Below the pieces are notes generated by a model. The model was not told the DNA's origin. It made no database searches and saw nothing but the letters and a program-made list of their open reading frames with translations. From Vicugna vicugna (taxonomy: Eukaryota), in contig MU058844.1 in the NCBI GenBank assembly GCA_013265495.1, forward strand, positions 2,645,520 to 2,709,519: 64,000 nt of DNA, read 5' to 3'. Positions 40,370-52,794 of this stretch are shown here, in pieces; the stretch's first letter is position 1, and every line of letters begins with the position of its first letter. The translations under genes and the position numbers were made by a program.

Positions 40370-40447
40370 CTGTGCGTGTATATGTATATATATAGAAAGA
40401 GAGAGAGAGGGAGAGGGGGAGAGAGAGAGAGAGAGACAGAGAGAGAG
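40370..40447. repeat. Compound microsatellite (TG/TA)n(GA)n
   Basis: tgtgcgtgtatatgtatatatatagaaagagagagagagggagagggggagagagagaga... Confidence 0.9.
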
Positions 40448-41737
40448 TTCATTTGTCTATTCACTTCATATTCAAAATAGTTTGAAGTTATTCTCTTTTA
40501 ATTAGTTGCCTTCCTGTATACTGAGAAATAAGAAAATGAACTAAAATTTAGTAAAGCCTTTCTAGAAAGTCTTAATAAAACAAATTCTATTTTAAATTAT
40601 ACACACCCCTCTCCTCTCTCTTTTAAACTCTTCAGTAACAAAACTCGAATAATTCTACATTAAAATGTTCCCATTTTATATTAATATGTATTTGAACCAA
40701 TCCTCATCTAGAAAATCAAAGATTTGTAGAAGACATAACTGGTAGTCATTCCAGGTTTGTTTCTTTCCTTCAGATTTTCTTAAAATTTCATGCTTTGTTT
40801 GAGGTATAGAGTCTGTATTAATAAAATGGGGTGTTTCTCTTACTTAAATATCAACTAAAAAGTTTTAAACATAGGAGATTAAAAATAGTGTTACCATTGA
40901 GATCTGAGTATTTATTCCATAACGTAGTTTACTTTACAGAAGGTAGGATACTAGATGGTTGAAACCAAATTCTGCTTCTTCATAAACATACAAATTCTAT
41001 ACTCACTTTCCATCCCAACTGTCCAGACATCTACTTTAATCCTGACTTCTTTTGTCTTATTTGAATGGTTTTAGTATATCTCTTCAATTTATCTGTTGGG
41101 TTTTTGATTTCTGGAAAAACATTTAAAGTATATCACCAAGTGGGGCTTGTGTCAGCACAGAGTGAACTGGGATTAGCAAACAGGAAAGCTCTAGAAATAT
41201 GATTTTTAGGGATATTATGAGGTCACACAGAGAGAACTCATCCTTATGAAATAAGTCAGATATGAGAAGCCAAAAATCACTAGTGGTTGTTAACTCAAAT
41301 GATCCCAAATCACCACCTTGATAGTTAAGTTAAAGTCTGGGATGAAATAATAGAGCCCTGATCCCTTAACAAAGTGTAATATACAAGATGAGAAATCCAA
41401 TTCACCTTTTGTCTCAAAATAGTTAGGAATCAGCACAATGAGGAAAGGAACCTTCAGTTCTTCAGGGTCTATCACAGAACAGAAATAGAGGTGAGAAATA
41501 TCCCAGAACAGATGTCAAGCAGAGTTGTATACAACCAATCTCGATGAATTTACTAGTTCTGTGAGAAAATTTGTGGGGACTTTAAGAAATACCTCACAGA
41601 AAAAAAAAAGACCCTGAAAATGTATTAGATTTTGAAATCTCATAAATGGGAACTAAAACTTAGTAAATGTACTACAACTTTATTGTTTTATAAAGCTTGG
41701 TGAGAACACAGACACTTACACACTATGTACAGAACAG

Positions 41738-42230
41738 TGTATTAGTCAGATTGCCAGCTAGACTGATTTACTGATGAAGATGAAAGGTTAGACTTCTGTA
41801 CTTAGACACTCAACAACATAGTTATTTTTTCCTCACCAGGAGTAATCTCTTTCTTTCTCCCCAAAACAGCCTGAGAAAGTAGTCCACTGCTGGTATGACA
41901 GATTGATGTCACCAGAGATCCAGACTCCCTTCCATTTCTGTTTCTTTGCCACCACTAGGGGCTTGCTCCAAATTGAACATGACTTCTCACCTAACCCACA
42001 TTTCAGCCTGTGAGAGGGAAAGAATGAGAAGGGGAAGGAGACAAAGCCCCTTTCCTTTTAAGAGATAACCTAGAAGTTGCATTGATAACTTCTGCTTAAA
42101 TTTAATTGTCCAGAACCTAATCTTATGATTACAACTAATTGCAAGGGAGGCTTGCAAAATAGTCTTTAGTTGGTTAGACATGTAACCAGCTAAGGCTTCA
42201 ATTATTAAAGACAAAAGTGTGAAGAAGTAT
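41738..42230 (-). mobile_element. Old MaLR solo LTR (MLT1J-like)
   Basis: Starts tgtattagtcag; acttctgcttaaatttaattgtccagaacctaatcttatg...gcaagggaggcttgcaaaatagtcttt. Confidence 0.7.
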
Positions 42231-42259
42231 TCGCAGACTCTTTTCATATTCAAAAATAT

Positions 42260-42480
42260 TATCTTTAGTATGTAACAGGTGCCAGTATGCCAGGTGCTTA
42301 GAAGATCTCACTTGATTTTTACAACTCTGAAAAACACACATTTAACAGATAAGGAACCTGATACTCAGAGGAGCGGAATGACTTTCCCAAATTTATATAT
42401 TTTTAAGTTATAGAATTAGGGAGCAAATGATACTCTACCTAAATTGAAATAAAATCTGTGATCTTTCCAGTATGACACCC
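42260..42480 (-). mobile_element. MIR
   Basis: catttaacagataaggaacctgatactcagaggagcggaatgactttcccaa. Confidence 0.65.
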
Positions 42481-42839
42481 TGTCCCTCAAATAAATGTGG
42501 GTGTGATAATCTGCTTGGTAAATTCCATTGTGCATGATTCATTTCTAGTATATTGTGATATTTAACAATTAAAAGGGGGAATAGATGTGATTCTTTAACC
42601 ACTGGGGTAAAAAAACCCCCACAACTTCTCTATTTTTTCTGGTACTTCAAAGCCCTTAATAAGGTGCTTAAGATGCAGGGACAATGTATTTCAGCTCCTT
42701 TTTACACTCCAGAGAATCTAACATTATACTAAACACCAAGCAGGTAATCAACATACACTCTTCACAATCATTTGAACCAAATGCCTATGATGACTGTCAT
42801 TTTTCTCACTGTTAATGATGTCAGTGTGCAGGAAGATAC

Positions 42840-42950
42840 AACCTTGACTGTGAACTCTTTGAGGGAATTTGTACCTAGTTTATCTTTTCAATTCCAATGA
42901 TTAACATATCTGGCCCTTGGGACTCAATATTTATTCTATGAACTGAATAG
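42840..42950 (+). mobile_element. L2 3' end
   Basis: gactgtgaactctttgaggg...tctggcccttgggactcaatatttattctatgaactgaat. Confidence 0.5.
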
Positions 42951-43569
42951 AATATCAGAGTTTAAGACAACTGGGAAAGAATGTAGTTGCTTATTCAAAT
43001 TATTGTGAAAATAACCTTTAATAGGTATTTTTCTGTTAATCATGCAAAAATACATTACATTTAAAAACTTGAAACAATGTTTTTAATTTTAAGTTTGCTG
43101 AATCTTCAGTAGAGCTTGTTCTGTTCATTCAATATGCATTTCATGAAATTAAATTTCATGTATTCTAAATGTTTGTTTGTCTTCTTTCAGTTGTGAAACA
43201 ATATTAATTTTCTGTTCAATATATTTTTTGATTATAGATACACTTTTGTTTTCCTTGACAACTCTATAGTAATGATATATTTTCCCTGCCTCTGCATTTT
43301 GCATATTTTTCAAAAGTGTAATATCTTCTCATCAAATAATGACTAATGCTTGAAAAAGAATCAAATTCAAAAATATATTATTTAACATTTTATGAAACAT
43401 TCAAAAAAGCACCGTAAAAAAGACATAATGAGTGGAGAAAATCTACAGTGCTTTTCTGTATGGTAACTCATTATTTATCTTATGTATTTTGCTTGGATTC
43501 TATTTAACTGTTCTTCCAGATTTAGTCATACATTTAGTGTATTAAAAATAAGAGAAATATTATATAAGT

Positions 43570-43820
43570 TTCTCCAAACTTATAGAATATACAACACTAA
43601 CAGTAAATTGTACTGTAAACTATGGCCTTTGAGTGATAGTAATGTATCAAGGTAAGTGCATCACTTATAACAAACGTATCACTCTGGTGAGGAATGCTGA
43701 TAATGGTAGAGGCTATAGATGTGTGGTGGAAGATGGCATATGGGAAATCTCTCAGTATCTTCTCAATTTTGCTGTGAACCTAAAATTGCTCTAAAAAATT
43801 AGGTAGTCATTAAAAAAGAG
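43570..43820 (+). mobile_element. L1MC-like 3' end
   Basis: tgtaaactatggcctttgagtgatagtaatgtatcaa...atatgggaaatctctc...ttttgctgtgaacctaaaattgctctaaaaaa. Confidence 0.85.
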
Positions 43821-43824
43821 TAAG

Positions 43825-43943
43825 TCCAGAATAGGAGATAAAAGTCCTAATATCTATGTTCAGCTCTGCTGCTCATTCACAGGGTATTGTTTACAAGTCA
43901 TACAAGCTTTAGATCTCTGTTCCCTTATCTGTAAAATTAGTAT
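43825..43943 (+). mobile_element. MIR, left part (continues at about 44494-44545)
   Basis: cagctctgctgctcattcac...tctctgttcccttatctgtaaaat; the remainder ttgaaccagataatctttagatttttcttctatcattttatgatt follows the LTR. Confidence 0.6.
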
Positions 43944-44493
43944 TGCATTAGTTTTCTGTGTTGTGCAATAAATTATTACACACACAGTTATCTCATAGTT
44001 TCCATAACTCAAAAATCTCATCACAGCTTAGCTAGCTCCTCTGCTCAGGATCTCAACAGGCTGCAATGAAGTTGTCAGGTGGGCTGCATTCTCAGCTGCA
44101 GGCTTGACGAGGGAAGAATCTGCTTACAAGCTCACTGGGACGGTTAATGAAATTTATTTCCTTATGGCTGTGTAACTGAGGGACCCATCTTTGTATTGGC
44201 TGTTGGCTGTAGGCTGTTCAGAGACTATTCAGAGACTGCCTTGACCATGTGAACTTTTCCATAGGCAGTACACCACATGGCTATTGGCTTCTTCCAGGAA
44301 AGCAGAACAATCTCTCTCTCTGGTCTGCTAAGGTGGAGACATATAACTAAATGTAATCATGACAGTGACATCCTGTCACCTTTCTCATTCTCTGCTGTTT
44401 AGAGGCAAGTCACAGGTTGTACCTCATTTCAAGGAGAAAGTACTATATGAGGGTATTACTCATTAGGAGTCAACTGATGATTTATTAGACACA
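43944..44493 (-). mobile_element. MaLR solo LTR (MLT1E/F-like)
   Basis: tgcattagttttctg...cacagcttagctagctcctctgctcaggatctc...gggaagaatctgcttacaagctcact...gaggcaagtcacagg; ends caca. Confidence 0.85.
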
Positions 44494-44971
44494 AGGGTAT
44501 TGAACCAGATAATCTTTAGATTTTTCTTCTATCATTTTATGATTACTGAGGGAAAATAAAATTGGCTATTATTTTTTAAATTACAGGCTCTGAACTCCCA
44601 AGGTACAGATAGGTCTCTGACCTCCTTATAGCGTTAGAACTAATAAGCCACAGTATCTACCATTTTTCTTGGGACCAAAATGTAAGCAAGAGATTCCTAT
44701 GAGAGAGCCAGGAGCTCTAGGAGGAAAAGAACAAGCTAAACCAAAGTATCCTGAGAAAAGTCCAGGCTTGACTATAAAAGAAGACAAATGGAAGGCCATA
44801 AGCAAAAATTGAGATAAAGATCATAAAAACAAGAATAAAGTTAAGAGTCAAATCAAAATGAGCGAGGGCTGGGAAGGTGAGAAGGGTATTTTGAGTGAGA
44901 TCCATGAAATTAATTCTTTTTTATTTTTAACCCAAATGAAGTACAGGAAGCAGAGCTGTGTCAGCTGAATT

Positions 44972-45290
44972 GGCAATTCTCAACTTTGTCTACACGTTAC
45001 AACTACATGAGGAGTCTGTAAGTATCCAAATACCCAGGCTACATCCTGATCATATTAACTCAGAATCTCTGAAGAAGGACCCAGGTTTCAATATTTTTTA
45101 AAGCTCCTCACTAATTTCAATCTGCAGCCAAGGTTGAGAATCAATTATCTTCTCTCACTACTCAAAGTGTGGCTGGAGGGCCAACCAGAAAGTTTGGCTT
45201 CACCTGGCATTGACCTTATTAGGAACGCAGATCCTCGCTACAGGATTATCAGGTGATCCCTACATGATTGATCCAGTTAAGGACCTACGG
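44972..45290. mobile_element. Two adjacent MER5-like hAT MITEs
   Basis: gcaattctcaactttg...cagaatctctg...gcagccaaggttgagaatca, then ctactcaaagtgtgg...tcacctgg...caggtgat. Confidence 0.7.
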
Positions 45291-45789
45291 CAAAGAACAG
45301 TACCTAGTATTAAACTTGGTACCTAGCGTGAAATACAATTGTTTCTCCACAAACATAAACTTTAATAGAATTTTCCAGCCCGCTTTTTGACAATTTGAGT
45401 AAATAATGAATAAATGAAAAGGTTGTGCAAAATGTACTACTAAAAACATGGAAAACTGAGAAGGCTCCCTCTCTTTCTCTCTCTGTCTCTAGGATTATAC
45501 TAATTTGTTTAGACCTTCAGAGACAGACAGTTGACTTTCTTATGCCGAGTCTGATTGATTGGTAATGACTGCCTGGAAAACCCTTCTGAGAAACAGCATT
45601 CTAAGACTGCTTTGGCTGAGAAGAGTACCCTGACAGATTAAGGGAATGACGGTTGCTGTGCAGCATATTTGCTGAACCTGCTCTGAATTTTCTTATCCAA
45701 CAGTAACTCTCATGACAGAGCCCGCCTATTCTGAAGACACCTAACTAGGATTAAGGATACATGGCCCTGCAACACATCCATACGGAGTA

Positions 45790-45895
45790 ACTCATTCATT
45801 CTTTCATAAATTCATTCATTTATTACTTTAATAAAAAATTATCAAATGCCAATTTTATGTCCCAGACACTCACTGTGCTGGGTGTCGGATTCTTA
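45790..45895 (-). mobile_element. L2 3' end
   Basis: (cattcatt)n tail followed by atgtcccagacactcactgtgctgggtg. Confidence 0.55.
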
Positions 45896-46647
45896 TGGCA
45901 TTAGAGTGACCTCACCCTTCAACATAAACATGCCACAGCTCCCTGAAATTCCATGAGCAAAGCATCCTCACATGATCATAAATCATGCTCAAGGCCAATG
46001 AGGAAACTGATTTCACCAGAAGGTCTTGATTATTCCACATGTCAGAGAGATGCTTAGCAGGAATCAAGGACATGATGTTTCAATTCAAATAGCTTCTTGC
46101 TGAATTTTAAAGAACTATCGAGTCAGAGTAGCTTCACTGTGACCTTCAGAAAAACCTTTTTATGAAAACTCAGTTTAAGCACAAGATAGAAATAGTTAAT
46201 CTACAAGGAAAACATCCTAAGTTACTAAGCTGTTCTATAACAAATCTTACAGGAAAAAAAAGGACAATGGCTTCATCTTTTTAACACTAAGAAAGTAATG
46301 CCAGTAGGTGGCTATCTTTGAAACCCCAAGTGAGGGAGATTTTCCACTTATATTCCTTTCAGTAACAAAGAGCTGCTGGAAGCACTATAGAAATGTTGTT
46401 TTTTAGTGATTGTGCCAATATACCTGGGCTTTCTTTCAAGTAGTGAGTGATTCCTTTGAATTATGTTTCAGCCAAAAATAGTTACTCATAAATTGCATGA
46501 ATACCTTCCAGCTCATAATTGCCAAGTTCCGGTCTTTTGGTTTTAGACTCTTTTTATTTTCTCTAAATCTCAAGTTGATATAGCGTTCTTTTTCCCATTT
46601 TTCTTCCCCAGCACCAACAACCCCATTCTCCCTTTATTATCTTTGAA

Positions 46648-46674
46648 TAACACACACACACATACACACACACA
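46648..46674. repeat. (CA)n microsatellite
   Basis: cacacacacacatacacacacaca. Confidence 0.8.
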
Positions 46675-49600
46675 GCAAGGAATTGCACAGTCCATCACAG
46701 TGGGTTATACACAAAGATTGTCACATGTGATGAGCCATTGCGGAGCATAAGGCTTCAATTTGAATGAAATGCTTTCTCATCACATTAAAAAAAACTCCAT
46801 TAGCAGTTACTGATAAACTCAGGATTATTTCTGTAGAAAAATCAGTTTCAGTTCAAGATAAATATGTGGAGACTGACAAGCAATTAAGCAGGAAAAAAAT
46901 TTTTGGTGCTACTTGTCAGATATTTGAGGAAGATATTTTAGGAAAACTGGTATTGGTAAACAGAAAAATTACACTGGCATTTCCCTCTGCCTTTCTACTT
47001 CTGAGCTTTGTTTCTTTTTTTTTTTTTAATATACAAACTATGCAGCCATTAAACATTGGAAATTGAAAAAAAATAGAGAAAATTACACACATTCAGTAAA
47101 TAGTTTGTACACAGATGAACAAAATAATTTTAACTTATAAAATAAGAAAATCAAACTCACCTAGAACAATAAAATTCAGAGATACCTGATTTTCATAATA
47201 AACATGTTGCACTCTTTTAGGCAAAACAAAGAACCCAATCAACATTCAGTACATTTCTGTTTTCATATACAAGATTAATGGTGTTCATACATAGAGAAAA
47301 TTGTTACCTGCCTGGTTCATTCATGGAATATACAGTTACCACCATAATAAATTCCTCTGCCTTCCAGTCTTAAATTCCATATGCATGACCATTCTAGAAG
47401 AACTTCAATGGGAGATGGTGGAGCACACAGAATGCCATGAGAATACTAGACAGTTAGACGGAGGGGAAAACTAATATGAATGCCGCAAACTTTCTGATTT
47501 TCTCCAAAGCTGATTCTGAGTTACATATACCATTTGTTATATGCAGAACAGGGAAAAAAATGAATTTAGGAAAAAGAGCATTAAGATAGTATAGAGTACA
47601 TCACCAATCCATAAGAAATGTATGATTTTCCTTAAAAACTTTATAGTGCCAAACAAAGTTTAAAAAAACAGTTATATTTTCTCCAGACATTTGGTCTTCT
47701 GTACATTCAGCTGTATTTCAGTGTCAAAATGTTTGTTACATCTATAATATTTAGGATGAAAATTTTATTTTCTTCTTCTTAGTCATGCTGAGATGGAACA
47801 ATGTCTACATCTAAACTCTATTGTTCAAGTTCAGCAGGGAGCTATTCAAAGGCAAATGCACACTATTTGTTACTAAGCTGCAGTAAACCCAAAGATACAG
47901 TACTTTTTGTCTCCTGCCTAAAAACCTAGGCTAAGGGAATTCCTTTTTCCCCCCTAAACCAGTCCCCTTATCTTGGCTCTCCAGCTCTTCAAAGATGTTA
48001 AGAGAAGCATACAAAGCATAGAAAGAGGAATCCCAATAGGGAGAAAAAGCAAGGAAAAGAAAAAGGCATTCCCTAAAGCCTAAATTACTCACATTTTGGT
48101 CTTTTCAGGGCAGGGAAAGAAACATAATAAACTGCCATACCTCTCTAACTGCAGAGGACTGCAACAGAGAGAAAAAGAGTGAGTATTTATTTTCTCCATT
48201 TAAAAAATACAAAACGAAAAAAAATAAGTGACCCAAAACCAGCAGATTCTAAGGAGCAATAAGAATTATATTCTAAGAGATTTTAATCTATTGTTCAATA
48301 GCATATTTGATACTGACCCACTTGGTGTTCCTTTTTTAAAGGGCCTGACTTCCCACAGAAGTTACAGTACGTCATTAACATCTCCATGATATGGTGCACT
48401 GAATCTCCAGACAAATCACTAGGACATATAGGCAAGGAAGGAGGCTATCTTTTTTTAACTGAGGTTGCTATAGGCAAATCAGCACATGTGATTACAAAAT
48501 CTAATAACAAAATGGCTAACATAGCACACCCAAATACGTCTTCCTTACATTCTTTTCTTGTGCGTCAGGAAGTCTTATTCTTCTCCCATTGGATGGCTGG
48601 ATGGATGAAGCAGGTAGTATAGATTAGAATGTGTTGATCTACATAAACCTGCATCCAGAGGAACTCAGTTAACTTGAATCTAAACTCAGGTAGCTTAGAA
48701 GCCTATACCAAACTCAGGTCACTCAGATTCCTAAAGATGCTGGAGAACTTAAAAGATTGGGAGGCCTGCGAAGATCAGATGTGATCAGAACAGCTAAGGC
48801 ACATCCCACCTATACCAAACAGTTCCCTAAAGTTCAGAATCTTTCCAAAGTAATTTGGAAGAATTTCTGATTATAGCAGAACTTTTAATAGCATTCCAGA
48901 ACAATTATTTCAAATGAGGTTTTTATTGAACATTAGAGGAGGCAAAAAATAATTCTTACTCTAATGCAATGTCTGACTCCAAATCTTTTCAGTGAGTTCT
49001 GTTTCATTTCATCTGGCTCCTGTATATTGAAATGGCAGAACACTTATTTAAGCAAAATCAATTTTTTTTCTTATAATAAAAAATGCTAGGGTAAGAGGAT
49101 GTGCCAAAACAATTACCACACTAACCATGCTTTTAAATTCTTATTTTGAAATAATGAATTTGGCATGATATACTCACTATTGCAGGTAACTATAGCTTTC
49201 AAACACCATTTAATAATCGTGACAAAATGTTTAGCTCTCCCCATCTATCTCAGCTACCCAGCAAAAATAAGTAAGGATGCTGATGTTAAATAAAGCACTG
49301 GAACCACTAGCCTGCCACAGCACCCCATTTATGCTTCTTGGTGATAAAGAAGAATTAGGGTCTTTAAAAAGATAAAGTAGGAGAATAAACATCAGATTGT
49401 AGAACAGGAAGTCGTGAAGATAGTACATTATGAGATCTGACAAAACAGGAAATTTAAAATATATAAAGTATATAGATTCTAAGTGCTTTCTTGACACAAC
49501 TGAATTAAAATACAGTGTTTTCATTCAACAGAATATTTTATATTGACTATTCAATGTGAGAAACAGCTCTAAAGAAACACTGATGGTCAAATATTATTAG

Positions 49601-49794
49601 ATGCACTACAGATTTTCATTCAAAGTTCTCCTTTGATGAACATTTATTAAACACCCATTATATGTAATGCTGTTTTGGAAGAAACAAAACAGAAATCAAG
49701 TTTTTGTTGTGCTAAAAGTTTTACTTAAAAAAAAAATCATAGCTTTCTATGTGAATCATTATTAAGCTTTATTTTGATCCTATTATATTAAAAG

Positions 49795-50312
49795 TGTGAT
49801 AGTTTTCTACTGCTGCTGTAACAAAGTACTACAATCTAGTAGGTTAAACACAAGTGTACTATTTTATAATTCCGGAGGTCAAAAATCCAACATGAGTCTC
49901 AATGGACTAAACTCACGGTTTCAGCAGGGTTGCATTTCTTTTTGGAGGCTCTAGAGGAGAAATCATTTCTTTGCAGTTGTAGGACTGAGGTCCTTGGGTT
50001 CCGGCTAAGTGTCAGCTGAAGGCAGCTCCCAGCTTCTAGAGACCATCCACATTCTTTGGCTTATGGCCACCTTCCTTCATTTTCAGAATCAGTAACAGTG
50101 GGTCAATTCCTTTTCACTTCTTATCTCCTGACCTACTCTTCTACCTCTCTTCCCTTTGAAGAGCTCATGTGATTAAATTAGGCCCACTTAGATAATCCAA
50201 GATAATTTCCCCATTCCAAAATCCTTAACTTAATCACTTCTGCAAAGACTGTTTTCAAGTGAGAAAATAGTCACAAGTTTAGGTGATTGGGTGCCAGACT
50301 CTGCCTAACACA
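49795..50312 (-). mobile_element. MaLR solo LTR (MLT1D/E-like) with intact TSD
   Basis: TG...CA termini with a perfect 5-bp TSD AAAAG (49790-49794 and 50313-50317); ggaggctctagaggagaaatc, gcccacttagataatccaagataat. Confidence 0.9.
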
Positions 50313-50429
50313 AAAAGAGCTATGAAAATACACACTTCCCCAAATTCTCAAATAAAGGCAATTTACTTTTTAAAAGATTTCTAAAGCAATATAATTATGA
50401 ATATAGGGAAATTTTAAACTAGGGAACAT

Positions 50430-51470
50430 ATTATATAAAGCTTTTGTTTTTTAACTGTGACTAAAATAGACAATTTCCTAGAGAATATAACTGATCCAAA
50501 CATAAAATTAGGATTGCTGATAAACCTATTTCCAAAAAGGCATGGGACCTATGTGATATAGAGATTCGTTTTGTTCAATGCTTAAACTTGAGAAAAATGG
50601 AAAGCAATCCAATTCATTTGATGCCATGTACATATTCATGGATTCCAAATCTGACCAAAAAAAAGGCCCATTGTATTAGTTCAGGCTGACATAACAAAAA
50701 ATGCCATAGAGCAGGCAGCTTAAACAACATTTATTTCTTACATTTCTGGAGGCTGGCAAGTCCAGAATCTAAGACACAAGCAGATCTGGTGTCTGGTGAA
50801 AGCACTCTTTGTTGGCTGTCTCTTTGTATCTTCACATGGTAGAGAGAAAAATCAATTATCTTATGTCTTTTCTTTAAGGGCACTAATCCCATTCATGCCT
50901 CCACTCTCATGACTTGATTACCTTCCAAAGACCCCACCTCCTAATACCACCACCATACAATTAGGGGTTAGGCTTTCAACATATGAATTTGAAGGGGACA
51001 CAAACGTTCAGTCCATAACACACCTTCAAAAGATTATAGCCAAATCTCACATGTGAATACAGATGCTAAAATACTAGCATCTCAACTCCATCACTATAAA
51101 ACTATTCCACTGTGAACAAGTACAGTAAATATAAAATTTAAAAATGTTTAAATATTAGAATAACAATGAATCATCCTAATAAGTCAAAAGGTAAAAAGCA
51201 TGTGGTTCTTTCAATAGATTATTAAATACTTCTTAATTAAATTATTATTCATTCGTCTAATAAATTAATATATCTTTCTTAAACCAACCAGTTTCATGCT
51301 TAATGTTGGAATGAAAACTCAAGGTAATCATGTATAGCTAATTAATCATATTTTCTCCCAGTGGTCCGAGGTAAATGCAAAATAAAATCTACACACTTTA
51401 TAAATGTTAAGGCATTCCCATAAATATCAGAAACAAGTTAAAGATGTCTCCAACTAACATTATGACTTAT
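50430..51470 (+). mobile_element. Very old L1 ORF2 remnants interrupted by an MLT1A LTR
   Basis: aaatagacaatttcctagag; ccaaatctcacatgtgaatacagatgctaaaatactagca continues after the LTR. Confidence 0.6.
50672..51020 (-). mobile_element. MaLR solo LTR (MLT1A-like)
   Basis: tgtattagttcaggctgacataacaaa...aagggcactaatcccattcatg...aaacgttcagtccataaca. Confidence 0.9.
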
Positions 51471-51544
51471 TCAGTAAAATAACACAGAAGGAAAAGGATG
51501 ATATATAAGTTCTGTCAGTTGTTTTATTTGGTTGGAGTTTATAG

Positions 51545-52000
51545 TATCCCTAATACTAATAACTATTTTTCCATCATGTTGATTTTTACTTAAATTCTAT
51601 TTTTCAGAAGCTAACATTGCTACATTGCTTATTATTTACCATTGACACTTGAACAACATGTATTTAAACTGCACAGGTCTGTCTATACATATAGATAATT
51701 TTTCAATAGTAAATACTATGGTACTACACAGTCTATGGTTGATTGAATCCATGGATGTAAAGGAACCTCAGATACTGAGGACAGACTATAAGTTACACAC
51801 AGATCAACCCCCACTTTGTTCAAGGTCAACTGTACTCATAGTTTCCTAGTATATCATTATCCACCAACTTACATTCAATATTTTGAAATTCTTTTGTATT
51901 GAAGAGGTTTCTTATAAAAAATTATATTGCTTAATCATTTTTGATTCAATATGAGTTTTTTTATTCTAATTAATTCTAACTTATTTATGTTTATTATAAT
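51545..52000 (-). mobile_element. Very old L1 ORF2 fragment, split by a Tigger MITE
   Basis: ttaaattctatttttcagaagctaacattgctaca...tttcctagtatatcattatccacc...gtttcttataaaaaattatatt. Confidence 0.5.
51639..51832 (+). mobile_element. Tigger2/MER8-type MITE
   Basis: TIRs ccattgacacttgaacaa ... ttgttcaaggtcaactg flanked by TA; same family as 141-347, opposite orientation. Confidence 0.85.
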
Positions 52001-52154
52001 TACTGTTATATTAGTGCTTATTTTTGCAAGCCTTTATTTCATATACATATCTAAAAATTTACTATGTTTTATTTTTATTTATTTATTCTTACTCCCCATT
52101 GTATGGATGAATTTTCCTCTGCTGGTTTTACAATTATAGGTTTTATATGTATTT

Positions 52155-52560
52155 ATTTTTCAACAAATATTTGCTAAGCACTTACACATGTGAAGTGCTG
52201 ATTTAGGCAGTAGAGATATACCAGTGAACTAGCTGAAAAAGCCAACTGACAAGAATGAGAAGACCTACAACAATAAATAAATAAATTCAGAAATATATAG
52301 TACATCAGGACTAATCATTGCTATAGAGAGAAATAAAGCTAGAAAAGGTGGTTATAGAAGGGAGGAGTACTGTTTTAATAGAGTGCCTTTCCAAGAATGT
52401 TGCATTTGAGCAGAAATCTGAAGAAAGGGACTAAAGCATTTAGACATTTGAAGAAAGAGAAAGTATAAGAGCCAACAAAGAGCCAGTGTAGCAGGAGTGA
52501 TGTGTGAAGGGAGGAGTGCAATATGAATTCGGAGAGACAGTAAGAGACTAAATCATGAAT
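52155..52560 (-). mobile_element. L2
   Basis: ttcaacaaatatttgctaagcacttac...catttgagcagaaatctgaagaa...caaagagccagtgtagcaggagtg. Confidence 0.75.
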
Positions 52561-52690
52561 TATCCTGAATTAATTCTTATTACTGGAGTACATCCTGCTA
52601 AACAGTTCTGCCTCTTCCACATCCATTCTTCATAGTTCAACCTCTGTATCAATCTTTTTTTCTCTTTACATTTTCCTGATGCCTTCCTGG

Positions 52691-52794
52691 AATATCTGCA
52701 AATGATGCAACTGACAATGGTTTAATATACAGAATATATAAACAGCTCATACAACTTAATAATAAAAAAAACCCAAATAACCCAATCCCAAAAT
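52691..52794 (+). mobile_element. Isolated internal fragment (about 100 bp) of a young L1 ORF2
   Basis: aatatctgcaaatgatgcaactgacaatggtttaatatacagaatatataaacagctcatacaacttaat...aacccaatcc. Confidence 0.85.

Noticed and set aside
43142..43160. Palindrome catgaaatt-a-aatttcatg
   Set aside because: 9-bp AT-rich arms are plausible by chance in 64 kb.
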